63,970 nt of DNA, filler included, from Dimargaris cristalligena (GCA_003614675.1; 6 parts of 6 records of this genome joined end to end with filler, not necessarily neighbours in it), one strand, 5' to 3'. Positions 46,821 to 58,823 are shown, counted from the whole stretch's first letter. The notes: a model not told the origin generated them from the letters alone. A program made the numbers and translations.

Positions 46821-49800
46821 ACATATTCGGAGCTTGGGTGTCATCCAGCCTTGGGCATACCAGGCTTTGGCCACACTATATTACCATCCTACCTGCTAAT
46901 GAGTTTGCATTCTAGCACCTTTTGCACAATTATCTATACCAATTTCCCTACAGTTTATTGCATGTAGCCTTGCTCATCCATTCCTGCCCTTTTATAGGGA
47001 TATATCCGACAATAAATTCCGTGATTCTGAAAATTACATTCGTCTGCTTGCTAATGCTATAAGTGGAAGACAGGTTGAACCTGCGTAAATATCATATTAC
47101 TGTGCCAAGTGCTCTGGGGGATCTCTGACGACAAGGGGGGCTCTAGTACACCGACTGGTTCCTGTTCCAGATGGTTCCTTAATTACAATTATTTGTCACT
47201 AATATGCAGGGAACTCTAGTGACTGTTGGGTTGTTGAGGAATATGTTCCTACGGGTTCTTTATCCTATCCTGTTTCACCCAATTATGTTAGTTTATTTTG
47301 CTATCATGAGATCATTTATGGTAGCCACTTATATTTCACCCCATCGAAATTACAGTTCAATAAAACTAACCACCTAGAGACACCTACTGTCCTCTGGCTG
47401 CTTTCTTCCTTTACTTCCAGTTTTATTTCCTTTACGTTCTTAATATTCCAACATGGGTATCTGTGTGTGTTGAATGGTGCATACCGAAAAATATTCACCT
47501 TACAGTATACACTTTCTGTCAACCTATAAATGTGGATCTGGTACATTAGTGGATGGCCACACTGCCCACGGCGACTGCTGTCTAACTATTTTCCGTGACC
47601 CTTGGTAACATACGTCGCGCCCATGGTGTATCATTATGATATCATAAATATAGGGAGAAGCAGACCGCCAAATGTTGATTGAGATTAGATCACCTCCCCT
47701 GCCGTTACTACTGTTACTGCTACTAAGGTCATCTTGGCCATTCCACTTATTCCTTCTCTCTTGCCCGTACGCTGGCCTATTCAAAAATGTATGGCTGAGC
47801 TATATTCTTAAATATGCTTTCCCGAATATCATCACTTCCAATTATTTTATCTGGACAGACCCATGAAGGATATAAGGGATTCATCAGACGGTTTCTTCAC
47901 CACCACTCCCCCAATCATACGGCCCTGCCTGAATTCTGGACCGCAGAGACTGGAAGTAGTGATGCCACTATCGATCATTCAAACGAGTAGGCGGCTATCA
48001 GGACCAAAATAAGGGCGTTGAACTGTGTGGGATCGTCAATGAATTTACGCATGCGCCCAAGCGGCATACCAACAAAAAGACCACTAGAGACTTGTATTAT
48101 ACTTGTGAGACATTTCTAGATTAGCGATCCTGAACAATAGGAGTGTGGTGAAAATATATACTTTCTTACGGTGGTCAGTGGCCAAATTATAAGTAGAAGG
48201 GTAAGAGCCGGAGCCATGCCTAGTACATGTGCCAACTCTGGATTGTATAGCGGAAATGTCCTGAATATAACTACCAGAATTTCGGGTGTATGGGACGAGT
48301 ACCTTCCTACATTAGATCTGTGGCTCTACAGCGGCTTAGGCGGTCACAATCCATGACCTATGTGAGTGGACTATCCTTTAGGCCTATATACTCCGCAGTT
48401 AATAGCACTGTTAGAGTATTCACCAACACGGGAAATACATGTAACATTTATTACTAAGTATTATATTAACCACTATTGCTAACCGATGGGGGGTCCACCC
48501 TACCAATTAACCCGCTAGTCCAATTTCAATGTCATGCCAATGAAAAACAAAGTGTGCGGGGGATAAAGAGAGGGGGAGTTAATGGAACGTGATTGTAGTT
48601 AAGTTGGTGTGGAATTGTGAGACATTCGACCAAGCAATATGAGAATCAGTCGCTATAGAAGCAACCGGCGTTTCCTCGTTAGCTGAGCAGCGTTTTCACA
48701 TGGCCTCGCCCCATCCCCTGGCCCCATAATATGAGTTACTTAATAGACCAATTCCCCCATTTGGCATTTTCTTCTTATAGCGCCTACTCATCAAAGCGGC
48801 CACTACTTTCGTAGCTAGAGCTCTTACAGAATATCTATTAACGGCGTCGGATATATTCTCTGATTTTGTTTGACATGTTTTACATATGCATTGACTTAGT
48901 ATATTAACACCATTTAGTGATACTCTGCTGTGAATATTTAAACGAACCATTAGTCCCATTTGAACCATATATCCTGCCTGAACCACTGACTACCCTGAAA
49001 ACTGAGGACATATTGCGGTACTATAACAGGCCACTTGGTTAATAGTGTAGCTAACGTTGTAACCGGCAGGATATGTGGATATACTCCCATTGGCTGCTAT
49101 CGTAACCAACGACTCCTACCTCCTCTTAGTTCTTGGAGATTCCTATTGTTAGTTACTCACCCATCAATAAAAATATACCGAGACGAATTTCCCCTTTACT
49201 GGTCCTATTGGCACGGAACTCTACTTCGAATCTAAAACATTAGATAATCCACAAAGATAGGAGAAGACTGGCTATTTGTTTGTACGATTGATGGCTATGG
49301 TTCTAAGAATTATTGTCAATGTCGGTGGGTTTTATTACAATTGCAGTATGTTCCTTCAACCGCAAAGCTCTTGCGATCGACTAATAAATTATATGCAGCC
49401 AAATACATATAGCTTATTGTAAATCAAAGAGTTCTTGTCGTATTCATGTCTATATGGGTTCGACTGAGATCAATTCCATTCGGGTGACTTTCAAAAGGGG
49501 GTCGTTCTTCTTATTAATGTAATATCTGCCAGACACCTGGCGTGGATGGCCGAGGCTGTTACTATTGGACTGGTCAACGCACTAACTTGGCATGTTACAG
49601 TTCCTTACGCGTTCAATGAATGACACCACTTGTTTATTATTCGTGTTTTTAAGGGGGCATATCACCTAGCCCATATATGAGTGAAATAAAAAAAATCCAC
49701 TCAGCGGCCTCTAACTCCAGGAAAGATTCAAGCTAAGAGATATAGATATCTATGGGATCAATAGTAAGCTAGTTAACCCATACACAGCACTGATCAACCG

Positions 49801-49987
49801 TCCCGCTCACTACGAGCACTGGCACTAAATGGGAGTTGGGGATGGATTTCTATTCAGATGTTAAATCTTTATTTAGGAATGTGGGCTTTCGCAACTAGCC
49901 AGTGAAATAAGACAGTTAGCATCATTCCGAAGCACCTCCCGAGTTTAAAGTTGTTTAGGAAAAAAGGCCCGCTTTTCCGACACGGCT

Positions 49988-51330
49988 TTAATCCGACCTT
50001 TTTTTCTGTAACAATAATTTCGTATTATTCCATTCATTTGCTTGACCCACAAGCTTGGATATCTTATTTTTTCCAACTGTCAATACCTCTTCTAACTGCC
50101 TTGGATCCGCCAGAATATTTGGATCCACATTCGGCGACACAGCGTAAAGTCCAAAAACCTTTACACGAACTTTCTGTTCATTAGCTAAGCCTCCGCAGTC
50201 GTAGCCGTCGGCCTGGGTAAAGGTATTGGCGAAATATTCCGTAGCAGTTCCGTCATGGCCCAAAGTATAGATGAGCGATGGACTAGCCAGCTGCATAATA
50301 CTACGTATAAGAAACCAGCTGAGGCGATCCTCGAGTTCGAACTTACGGTATGAGGAACCTCGGGCTTTTATTTCTCCAAGCCAAGACCTTTGCTTACACA
50401 GGGTCTTGGCAAGCCTTCCGAATGAGTCACTGGCCCGGTTCATTCTTCCCCTGCGCTTGACTCTGGCATTAAGCAGGCTTCCACTATCAATATTAACCAA
50501 TTCTTGAATTATATCTCCTACCAACGCACCTGGTGTTTTCTGGGATCCGGGAAAGGCTACTTGGGAGATATATTTTCATAGTTCCACGGATTCGCTAGTG
50601 GTCATTGCTGATTCCCTGAAGGTTTTGATGACCTGCCGAGCTTCCCCAAAGGAACCCTTACTGATAATCCATCCTCCGCCCGAATTTAACTTTATGACAC
50701 CAGTCGTAAGCAGACCCAGAAAATTTCCGACTGGAGTTAGGGACTTTGGATGCGTGTGGTAACTGGGCAAGGGGACGGTGTGTGGGACACTGGGTGGGGC
50801 ATAGTCACCCGCTGACTCACTGGATGATCGATCGGTCAGAGGTGCGCTGGCTATTTCCCTATTTGATTCAGTTGATCCATTAGAGGAAGACGGGTCACTT
50901 GTCATGTAAGTGGGGAAGTTGGTACCGAATTGATGGTCTGGATGTACCGTATAATCAGTGGAGGTAACATATATCACCTTGAAAGGTTTTCCAAACAATG
51001 CCAATTCAGCTGCAGAAAGGGAGGGTAGGAAAAGACAAGATGAACATATGAGAGAAATGCAGTCCAGCTGTACACGGTTTCACAGGATATGAAGATGGGT
51101 AAATAGACAGGTGGTCTATTTTTCCCCGGTTACGCTTGCCTCATCCAACGGATTTTTTATCATACGTCCTGGCCGAATCTTCCATATGTTCTCTACCCTG
51201 CGGGCCGACTAAGAGTAGCTATAGTTTAACGAAAAGCCCAATCGTCCAGCCGATAGTCAAGATCAACGACAGTCCTAATGGAAGTCCTTTTTGATTATTG
51301 CAATCTAAACCGGCCGGCTGTATTTCTAGT
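49988..51330 (-). pseudogene. Probable pseudogene of an orphan protein with a signal-like hydrophobic N-terminal segment; MITE in the intron
   Basis: ORFs 51004-50576 and 50524-49988 share one frame, separated by a single TGA (50578-50576). A GT...CTGCAG intron at 51196-51010 joins in phase to an upstream hydrophobic exon that has a further in-frame TAG. The 5' end is uncertain. Confidence 0.55.
51047..51186 (-). mobile_element. MITE copy, diverged, inside a predicted intron
   Basis: tatgagagaaatgcagtccagctgtacacggttt...ttgcctcatccaacggattttt...cttccata, 140 bp, with CATATG at both ends. Confidence 0.7.
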
Positions 51331-51362
51331 GCATAGTGGGCGCCACGGGTTTAGAAAATATA

Positions 51363-51504
51363 TATGGGAGAGGTTCAACCGAGCTGTATAACGAAAAATC
51401 CATTAGATGAAGCAAATATTACTGGTTAAAAATAAATCTCCCATACATTATCCCATACGCTTATTATTTAAAACCTTATACAGCTGGGCCGAATTTCACC
51501 CATA
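51363..51504 (+). mobile_element. MITE, complete reference copy (142 bp including terminal TA)
   Basis: 29-bp imperfect TIRs matching at 23/29: tatgggagaggttcaaccgagctgtataa versus the reverse complement of ttatacagctgggccgaatttcacccata. AT-rich interior. Confidence 0.85.
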
Positions 51505-52223
51505 TCTATTTTATCCTGTAGGGTATGCATTATACAGCCAATCATTTCTTCAGTCACAACCACATCATTTTGCGGATCAGTATATCCAGGGCCTGGTGAC
51601 TGTTGGTGGACCTAAGCAAATCGTGGACTATCTCACTCATCCGCCTGTTGAGTCGACCAGTCCCCTTCGGCCCGCTACATTGTCGGCACTAATGTAGATT
51701 GCATGAATTATGGTATAACATCTCACTCCAATCTGTATTCGTAGACTATACCGAACAGCGTATAGCGTTAATCATGACTTCCGCATCAGTCGAGTTGATT
51801 ACCACGGTTCATGATTAAACAGTCCCTCTACCCATCTGCTACTCCGTGTGTTAGCACCATTTGAGAAAACACCACCGTTTAGCCGGTGGGGGATATGGAC
51901 TGGTACTCTCAAGTCTAATCCAAATACGGGGAATAGTTGGATGAACAGTGGATTTGAGCCAAGGGACAGTGGGAAATGAACTTTGGCTTTCAATATTTAA
52001 ACCCTACTATCGCACCACCCTGTACCTTTAACACCCCCCTCAACTTAGGCCACTGTATTCTGTTTAACCACCGCCCATCCTTTTTTCGCCTTTTTCGAAC
52101 CCTCCATCAACTATAAAATACGATCGGCCTTTAACAACAGCATTCCTTGAACTTCTGCTTAGAGTTCTACAAGCTGCCCCTATTTAAATTTCAACCCCTC
52201 CTTCCTCCACCGACTCATTCCCC

Positions 52224-52574
52224 ATGAAGGTCACCAGAGTATACGCCAAGGCCTTTTTCGTCGCCACGGCTTTCCTCCTCGTAGATCCCCGGGCGACGGC
52301 CGCCCCGGGTCCTGCTGAAGCCCAGCAGTCCCTTCCGGCAACCAAACGAAGTGCAATATCGTCGCCCGAGGCATCCGCCTGGCTGACCCATCGCTACCGC
52401 TCTTTTTTCTTCCGATTTAATCATGATTGGGGCACCCGTTCTATTGTCAAACCGCAACCCCAAAAACGAGATATGTATCCAAAGGTATATAGACCCTTAA
52501 GATCTAAGAATAGCATTGGCAGTGGTGGTGGCTATATAATATTTTTTTAGCCGTTTTTGGAGGGATTCAATTAA
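52224..52574 (+). CDS. Small secreted pre-pro-peptide with two KR (Kex2-type) sites, two exons, about 94 aa
   Basis: TATAAA at about 52112; signal peptide MKVTRVYAKAFFVATAFLLVDPRATA; phase-0 intron 52485-52550 (GTATAT...TTTTTTAG); exon 2 encodes PFLEGFN*. Confidence 0.7.
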
Positions 52575-53640
52575 CCCTCAGTAACGAATCCTATCCCCTC
52601 TTCTCCTTGAAATGGCCTTTTACAAGCGATGCAAGCTCTGCCTTAATAATTTAATACCCACTTATTATCATAATATCCGATATTAATTACAGATTTTTAT
52701 AATTCGCAAAATTACTATTAATAAACAGGATATATTTGCAACACTTTTACCCGTTGGTATGCATTAGAGGCACATGCACATGTATGTGTGTTGGCGTCAG
52801 GGTCATCTGATCCACCACTAGGATTCGAAATACGAGTTGGCGTACCCTGCTCAAGTGCAGAGCGCTGGGGCGTGGATGGCGGTGTACCCGGGCCGGACGA
52901 AGGTGGGACGCTAGGTCCAGAGGAACGAATGGGGAGGCGCGACATTGAAAAGGAAATTTTAAGTATTTATGTACTTTCGAGTGAAGAAATAGAGTATTGG
53001 TTTTCTATTTTTAATAGTAGTAATCGTGAAGGAAAATAGGAATTATGAACAAAATATTGTTTTCCGTTGCAGGAAAAGGGCTCCCTAAACTGAGGTCATA
53101 AATCGGTCGTTATAAATAATACAGAATGTCATTAACAGGTTTGAATACCATCATAATATCATCACAACACATGGTCATTAACATGAGTATGAAATAACAA
53201 ATCGGGAGTTGGCTTCCCAAAAGGCGTGGAATATATCTCATAAATTTCATCATATCAATTGTAATCGTTAATATTTGTTAAAAAAACGCTGTAAGTATTG
53301 TAATATTTGATGATCGTCAGGTTAACATAAGAATCGGCGATTAATTGATAGCCGGATACCGAAGGCTGTCAGCCGACATTCTCACGGCACTACATATGTT
53401 CTTTAGTTAATAGGATACGCTAAAGAACCCCTGATAATTATTACATGTAGGGTAGTAATCACAAGTAGCGAATATGCTTTGTAACTTCAGTCCCGGATTC
53501 TAGTGCAATTCCAGTACCTTAGTCAGCTAGGGGCATCTTAAGTTATTAAAATGAGAGGACAGGTAAAAACTAAATAATCTTAAGTAATTGGGCAGAAATT
53601 GATAATAATATACCCGACAAGGTATATTCATAAACATTAA

Positions 53641-53783
53641 TTTGGGAGGAGTTCAACCAAACTATGTAATGAAAAATCAGTTTGATGAGGCAAATGCTAC
53701 TGGCTATAAATGAAATCTTATGCCTATTTGGCCAAACAGATACCATATAAAACCTATTACAGCTGGGCCGATTTTCACCCATA
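53641..53783 (+). mobile_element. MITE copy
   Basis: tttgggaggagttcaacc...tttgatgaggcaaa...cagctgggccgattttcacccata. Confidence 0.8.
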
Positions 53784-54482
53784 TATATCTTGATTACTAG
53801 CCCCTATTTTATATGCTAATTATATTTAGAATAAATTATTTGTTTTGTATATATATGCTATTGGCGGATTATTTTATATATCACTAGTTGCTTTAAGTGA
53901 TGGGTTTGATTCATCTTCTTTTACTAAAATATCTACTTTTACTATTATTTTATATAAGTAAAATATGTTGTTGATTAACCCATGGTAGTCAGTGCATCTG
54001 GTGGACTTATATTCACCACTTTCCCACTATATATGCTAGCTTTCTCCTAATTGTATGACTAATACTGAGACATAATAGGGGGTGCTATGTTAGTTTCCTA
54101 ATGGCTGTACTGATTGCAGCTGCTTGGCGGGGACAGCTATCCCAATGACATAGAGGTCACTTGACCCCTCCGCCAAAGAGCACTACCTGAAGGGTATTTG
54201 CCAGTTTCCGGCCTCATCGACTAACTTAAAATATTGGAGGTTTAAATAGAGAATCAACATATTGTAAAGGTTGAGTTATGTCCTAATAAATTTACTAATT
54301 TAATATCTACTATTTTATTTTTTAAAAGACTTAAGTGCCCTACTCAGAAACATGACAATTTCAAGCCCCACTCAACCTGACTGTAACACAATTAAATAGC
54401 TTGACTTGCCTATGTAAGTACTATTCTGGGGGTCAGTGGAACCAATTTTATAAAGTGTTTTACTTAGGCTAAATAGGGTCTG

Positions 54483-54761
54483 TGTTGCCTGGATTAACTA
54501 CTCTTAGTCCATCAAGAGTCCCAAGGATAGGCTTCTAATGGTAGGCAGGGCTTAAACTTGGCCAAGTGGGCTACTAGCATTAGGATGGGGGCATCATACT
54601 AACTAATAAAGGATAATGCAGGTAAATGTCAGGGATGTGCAGCAGGTACACTTACTAGTTAGTGTAAAGAACTGAACTCAAATCCTTGAAAACTGAACTT
54701 TATTTAAAAAGATAGGTGGTAAAAAGGGAAAGGTGATAATAGACTTGCTGTTCCAAGAAGT
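54483..54761 (-). mobile_element. Partial LTR of the variant subfamily, cut by the contig end
   Basis: Starts tgttgcctggattaactactcttagtccatcaagagtc; the distal ~100 bp matches the reverse complement of 1-112. Confidence 0.8.
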
Positions 54762-54861
54762 NNNNNNNNNNNNNNNNNNNNNNNNNNNNNNNNNNNNNNN
54801 NNNNNTTAATTAATTAANNNNNNNNNNNNNNNNNNNNNNNNNNNNNNNNNNNNNNNNNNNN
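54762..54861. other. Artificial contig-joining spacer
   Basis: N44-TTAATTAATTAA-N44. Confidence 0.97.
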
Positions 54862-54863
54862 AC

Positions 54864-55673
54864 CAACACCAATATCACCAGCATTCTTGCATTTCGCCCG
54901 GCTCATCCACCCTGTATTACCGTCCGTCTGGCCCAGCCCTGTGCTCACCCTATCGTACGCGAGGCTGGCCCCCCACCGCCCCGAGTACTACTACGGTGAC
55001 ACCCTCCTCCTCCCTGCTTAATGGCTTAGTGGCGGCCGGTCCTAGCCACCGAACGGCGGTCCTCTTACCGACTGGGCGTCAGCCCCCTTCACCCAGTGGG
55101 GGAGGTGGGCCCAACGCCCACTTGCTGTCGACGGCGTATCACCACCCCCCTGCATGGGTTACCACTCCAGTGTTCGGATCCATCGAGTCTACCCTCACCG
55201 CCATATCCGATATTCCCGTTACTTGGCTAGGGTCCGCTCCTCGCTTTCATCCGACCCAACTCACCTATGGACCATCGGCTAATTATCATAACCATTTACT
55301 ACCACCATCGTCATCGTCATTAGCATCGGCATCGGCATCATCAGCACTATCCCCCTTACCTTTACCACCGACGCTCGTTAAACCCTTGGGGGATAGTGAT
55401 ATTCCCAATCTGGCTAGTCTTAATGTTACCAAAATGACCCCCACCGATCCCACCCATGTGGAGGTGTCACCCCCGACAGTGGGTCAACTGGTCCCCATGA
55501 CCGATTCGGTCAAGGTGGCCTCACCGCCCTTGCATTCCGACTTGCTTCCCCTCACTACCACTGCCACTACTACTGTCACCACCACTACCACCACCGCCGC
55601 CGACACTGGTCCAGAGGAACTGTCCCAAACCATTGGTCCGGACTTACCTATATCACTCCCGGGCAGCAGTTAA
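54864..55673 (+). CDS. 3' fragment of a Pro/Ser/Thr-rich protein; 5' end lost at the contig start
   Basis: The frame is open from the contig start to TAA at 55671-55673 (about 270 codons), with poly-Thr and poly-Ser tracts. No recognisable domain. Confidence 0.55.
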   Translation, partial: QHQYHQHSCISPGSSTLYYRPSGPALCSPYRTRGWPPTAPSTTTVTPSSSLLNGLVAAGPSHRTAVLLPTGRQPPSPSGGGGPNAHLLSTAYHHPPAWVTTPVFGSIESTLTAISDIPVTWLGSAPRFHPTQLTYGPSANYHNHLLPPSSSSLASASASSALSPLPLPPTLVKPLGDSDIPNLASLNVTKMTPTDPTHVEVSPPTVGQLVPMTDSVKVASPPLHSDLLPLTTTATTTVTTTTTTAADTGPEELSQTIGPDLPISLPGSS

Positions 55674-57561
55674 CGTCGGTGACACGGGTGTTGCGAACCT
55701 GAGCTTGGGCCTATGGTTGAACTTCGCCTTTAAGATGTCCATATCGTCCTTTTCCTCCCACTCTGGTCGTGTGCTCACTAGATACGGCCACTCGATCCAT
55801 GAGACATGTGTGCGAGTTGGGGGGGTTTTTTTTATGGGCGTAAGTCTTGTACCACTTTGGAGTGTGCCGCCTTTTTCATTTAATGAATGAGAAGGTGACT
55901 CTATACATAGAGTGGTTTGGATTTCCCCATTGATGAGGCGTTTTTCTACATGGTCATGTGGGTAACTTCTTTTTCTTTTTTTTTTCTTCATCTGACATTC
56001 GGCCTGGAGGCGCTAATTAACTCGTTCTCCGAGTCCATTACTAAACTTAGTGTACTTTTTTGGAGCAATTGGTTGCAGCAGTGTCCGTTGATGTTGTGTA
56101 TGATTAATCATTATGCAGATAGGACCTGCATGTCTGCACTGCACTAATCGGGATAGCAATATATCAGATGGCTCAGGCAAGAGTTGCTGGAGTTGGGCCA
56201 AGTTTTAGGATATATAGGTGGTGTAGGGGGGATGTAAAAAGTCCCAGAGGGCTTATGATTTTAAGTTTAATACAGGGGGCACTACAATGCTGCTTTAGCA
56301 GGACTAAATTATTCTGTAAAAGCCGGGATTTGGTACACTATACGGTAAATAGCGGACTATCCGGAAACACCGGGCGGTTTCATTTTTCAGGTTGGTATAG
56401 TTCATGTTAGCCTGCCCTTGGGCCAAAGGTGGCCTGCCTAATGATAGCCTCGCCAGGTTCAACTTTGCCAAGGTCCGGTATAAAGTGTATCGATAAAGGC
56501 CGTACACAAGCCAGTCGGCCGAATGCCCCGCGCGATTGTTTTAAAGGACTTAATGCCTGAGCGCCCGGACACCCTTTTTTGAATCCACTCGCCAATAAAA
56601 GGGTTTTATCTTTATTAAGGTGCCCTGTGGCGAGGCTTGGTCCAATGGCGCTCCCTACTTTTCGTCCAGCGTCAGTGCTACCAACTAATGGATGTAGCAT
56701 TTAGAAAGATACGGTAGAAACCTAGCACGCGGTTGCCGACTATTCTCGCTCCCCGATACCTTCATCCGACCTTCTCTTCTCCCTGAGCCCTAAATAGGGG
56801 GGGGTTTAAGGGTTGTCATTATCGGATATTCCTTAAAACTTCCTGAGGTTACCTTATGTAGACCTTCTGTTTTGACGAATAGAATAGTAACCGCTCCCCC
56901 AATCTCTTTTAATTCCCCCCTAAAAATAGGTCATGGATATCTTTCATCAACCGGCCATAGAGATATGCCTACTGGCCAAACAGTCACCGATACTCCTGCT
57001 AAATGGAGAAAAGCAAAGCAGGAAAAGGAAGAGAGAAACTGTGGCTGATTGTACTGCCGTGGCCCTCATGTCTGAAATAACCACCGCCATATTGGTTGTT
57101 AGTAGACTACAGGGGATTAAGGTTTATCCGGTATTTTGGGTGGCCAATTCTTAGTCAAGCCATAGCCAGAAATGAAGCGCCCGCAGCGATTCGAGACATT
57201 GACCAGGGTGGCCAAGGGGAAGAGTATGGGGCAATGATCTGTGAGAGCCCAAGAGGCAGGTAGTATACGCTCGATATTCATTGCGGATGGGGACACAGTG
57301 GGCGTGGAGGTTGATAGGTGAAAATTCCGTCTCTAGCGTATGCAGATAATTCACCATGTATAAATAGAGGACACCCCGTCCTCTGCTACTAAACCCTACT
57401 GCTTATAATCCTTCTACGCACAACTTCAGCTTCGTTCACTTCGATATCTTTGGAATACTGCCCACTGCTACCATTGGAGTATAGTTTATTATGCGGACTA
57501 TCCCTCCTTATTGACCACCCTACTAACCCGCAACATCCATCCACTCCCCCCCACCCTTACA

Positions 57562-58170
57562 ATGGTACCCATGAAGCCCTACTTTACGACCTTGGCCATG
57601 TGCGCCATCTTATTGGCCCAGCCTGGCCGGTCTTCGCTCACTGAATTAGGCGAAATGACCAATACTGTATCCGGCGCTCAAAAAGGAAAGTGGGCCACCG
57701 CCTGCACCTATCTGAAGTATATTGGCCACACGGTCGATTATAATAAGGCGGATAGTTATATTGCCCTTTCATCTGATTCACCCAGTGAAGCAATTTCCAA
57801 TGGCGCCTCATTCAAGACTACCGCTTCCACCAGTAACGAGGATGTCGATGACACCGCGTTTTCTATGCTGGGCCACGCGTACCGGACCACCTATACCAAT
57901 AACTACCTTAACCGTGGTCGCCGTCCCCAGATCCGTCGCCACGGTCCGACCCTGCAGATTGATACTAGTCAGTACGACTACTTCATGGTGGAGCCCTTGT
58001 CCTCGAGCGGTCGAATGCGCACAACGGTGGTGTACCAGGGTCCCAATCCCTATCAGGGTCGGGTGAATTTTCCTAAGCACACGCTGGAAAGCACTATCCT
58101 CACTCTCAATAAAGGGGACCCGGCCGAAAGCAAGGCGGCCGAGATACTGTATGCCTGCGCTAGGCTCTAG
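57562..58170 (+). CDS. Orphan secreted protein, about 200 aa
   Basis: TATAAATA at about 57359; ATG at 57562 or 57571; signal peptide MKPYFTTLAMCAILLAQPGRS; intact, coding-like ORF; AATAAA downstream at about 58254. Confidence 0.75.
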   Translation: MVPMKPYFTTLAMCAILLAQPGRSSLTELGEMTNTVSGAQKGKWATACTYLKYIGHTVDYNKADSYIALSSDSPSEAISNGASFKTTASTSNEDVDDTAFSMLGHAYRTTYTNNYLNRGRRPQIRRHGPTLQIDTSQYDYFMVEPLSSSGRMRTTVVYQGPNPYQGRVNFPKHTLESTILTLNKGDPAESKAAEILYACARL

Positions 58171-58680
58171 TGGGGGCGTTCATGACTCGATTTTCACTCA
58201 GTTAATAGTTGTTAATAGTTTTTTTTTGTATGGTTCGTACCGCCCATTAAAGTAATAAAAGGTCTCTGAAGTTTAAATTTCACCCCATATCTACCCAAAT
58301 TATGCCGACAATTATTAATGCAGTCGATTGCCGTAATTTAATGAAAAAGTAAGGGCCTTTTATTGTTTATTCGACAGACTGCAGCTCCCATATTTACCGT
58401 TCGCATCATGGAAAAGTTCTTACTAAGCACATTATCGGTGGAGACCCCAATTTTGTTGTTGTTTTGTTTTTTTTAAAAAAATACAAACCAAGCTCTGCTT
58501 TAAACTACCATTCGAATTAATAGAGGCCGGAAGATATAAGATCCAATATAAATAAGGCCTGGTAGAGCCGAATAACCATAATTCCGGATAGTATGACGAG
58601 TGGACTTTCGAAGAATACTACGCTAGAGGTTATCTTAACCAGTATTTATCAACAGGGAATAATAAGGAGTGCTATTGATA

Positions 58681-58823
58681 TATGGGAGAGGTTTGCCCGA
58701 GCAGTACAACAAAACATCCGTTGGGTGAGGCCAATACTACTGGTTAAAACCAAATCTCCCGCCTATTTTCTCCTACACACCTCAATTTAAAACCTTATAA
58801 GGCTGGGTCGAATATTGCCCAGA
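58681..58823 (+). mobile_element. MITE copy
   Basis: tatgggagaggtttgcccgagcagtacaac...actggttaaaa...aaaccttataaggctgggtcgaatattgccca. Confidence 0.8.

Noticed and set aside
45759-46874. 371-aa antisense ORF over the NmrA-like gene
   Set aside because: It mirrors the sense gene in register. Strong G/C third-position bias avoids TTA, CTA and TCA codons, so antisense stops are absent; the product has no recognisable motifs.
50576-50578. Selenocysteine or stop-codon reassignment for the in-frame TGA
   Set aside because: No redox motif context and no SECIS recognised. Conserved genes in the window end in TAA, TAG and TGA normally.
55653-56700. Minus-strand ORF series (MLHPLVG..., MAQLQ..., MKKKKRKR...)
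   Set aside because: Possibly a decayed gene (two ORFs in frame across one TAG), but with no recognisable domain or splice model it is not listed as a feature.
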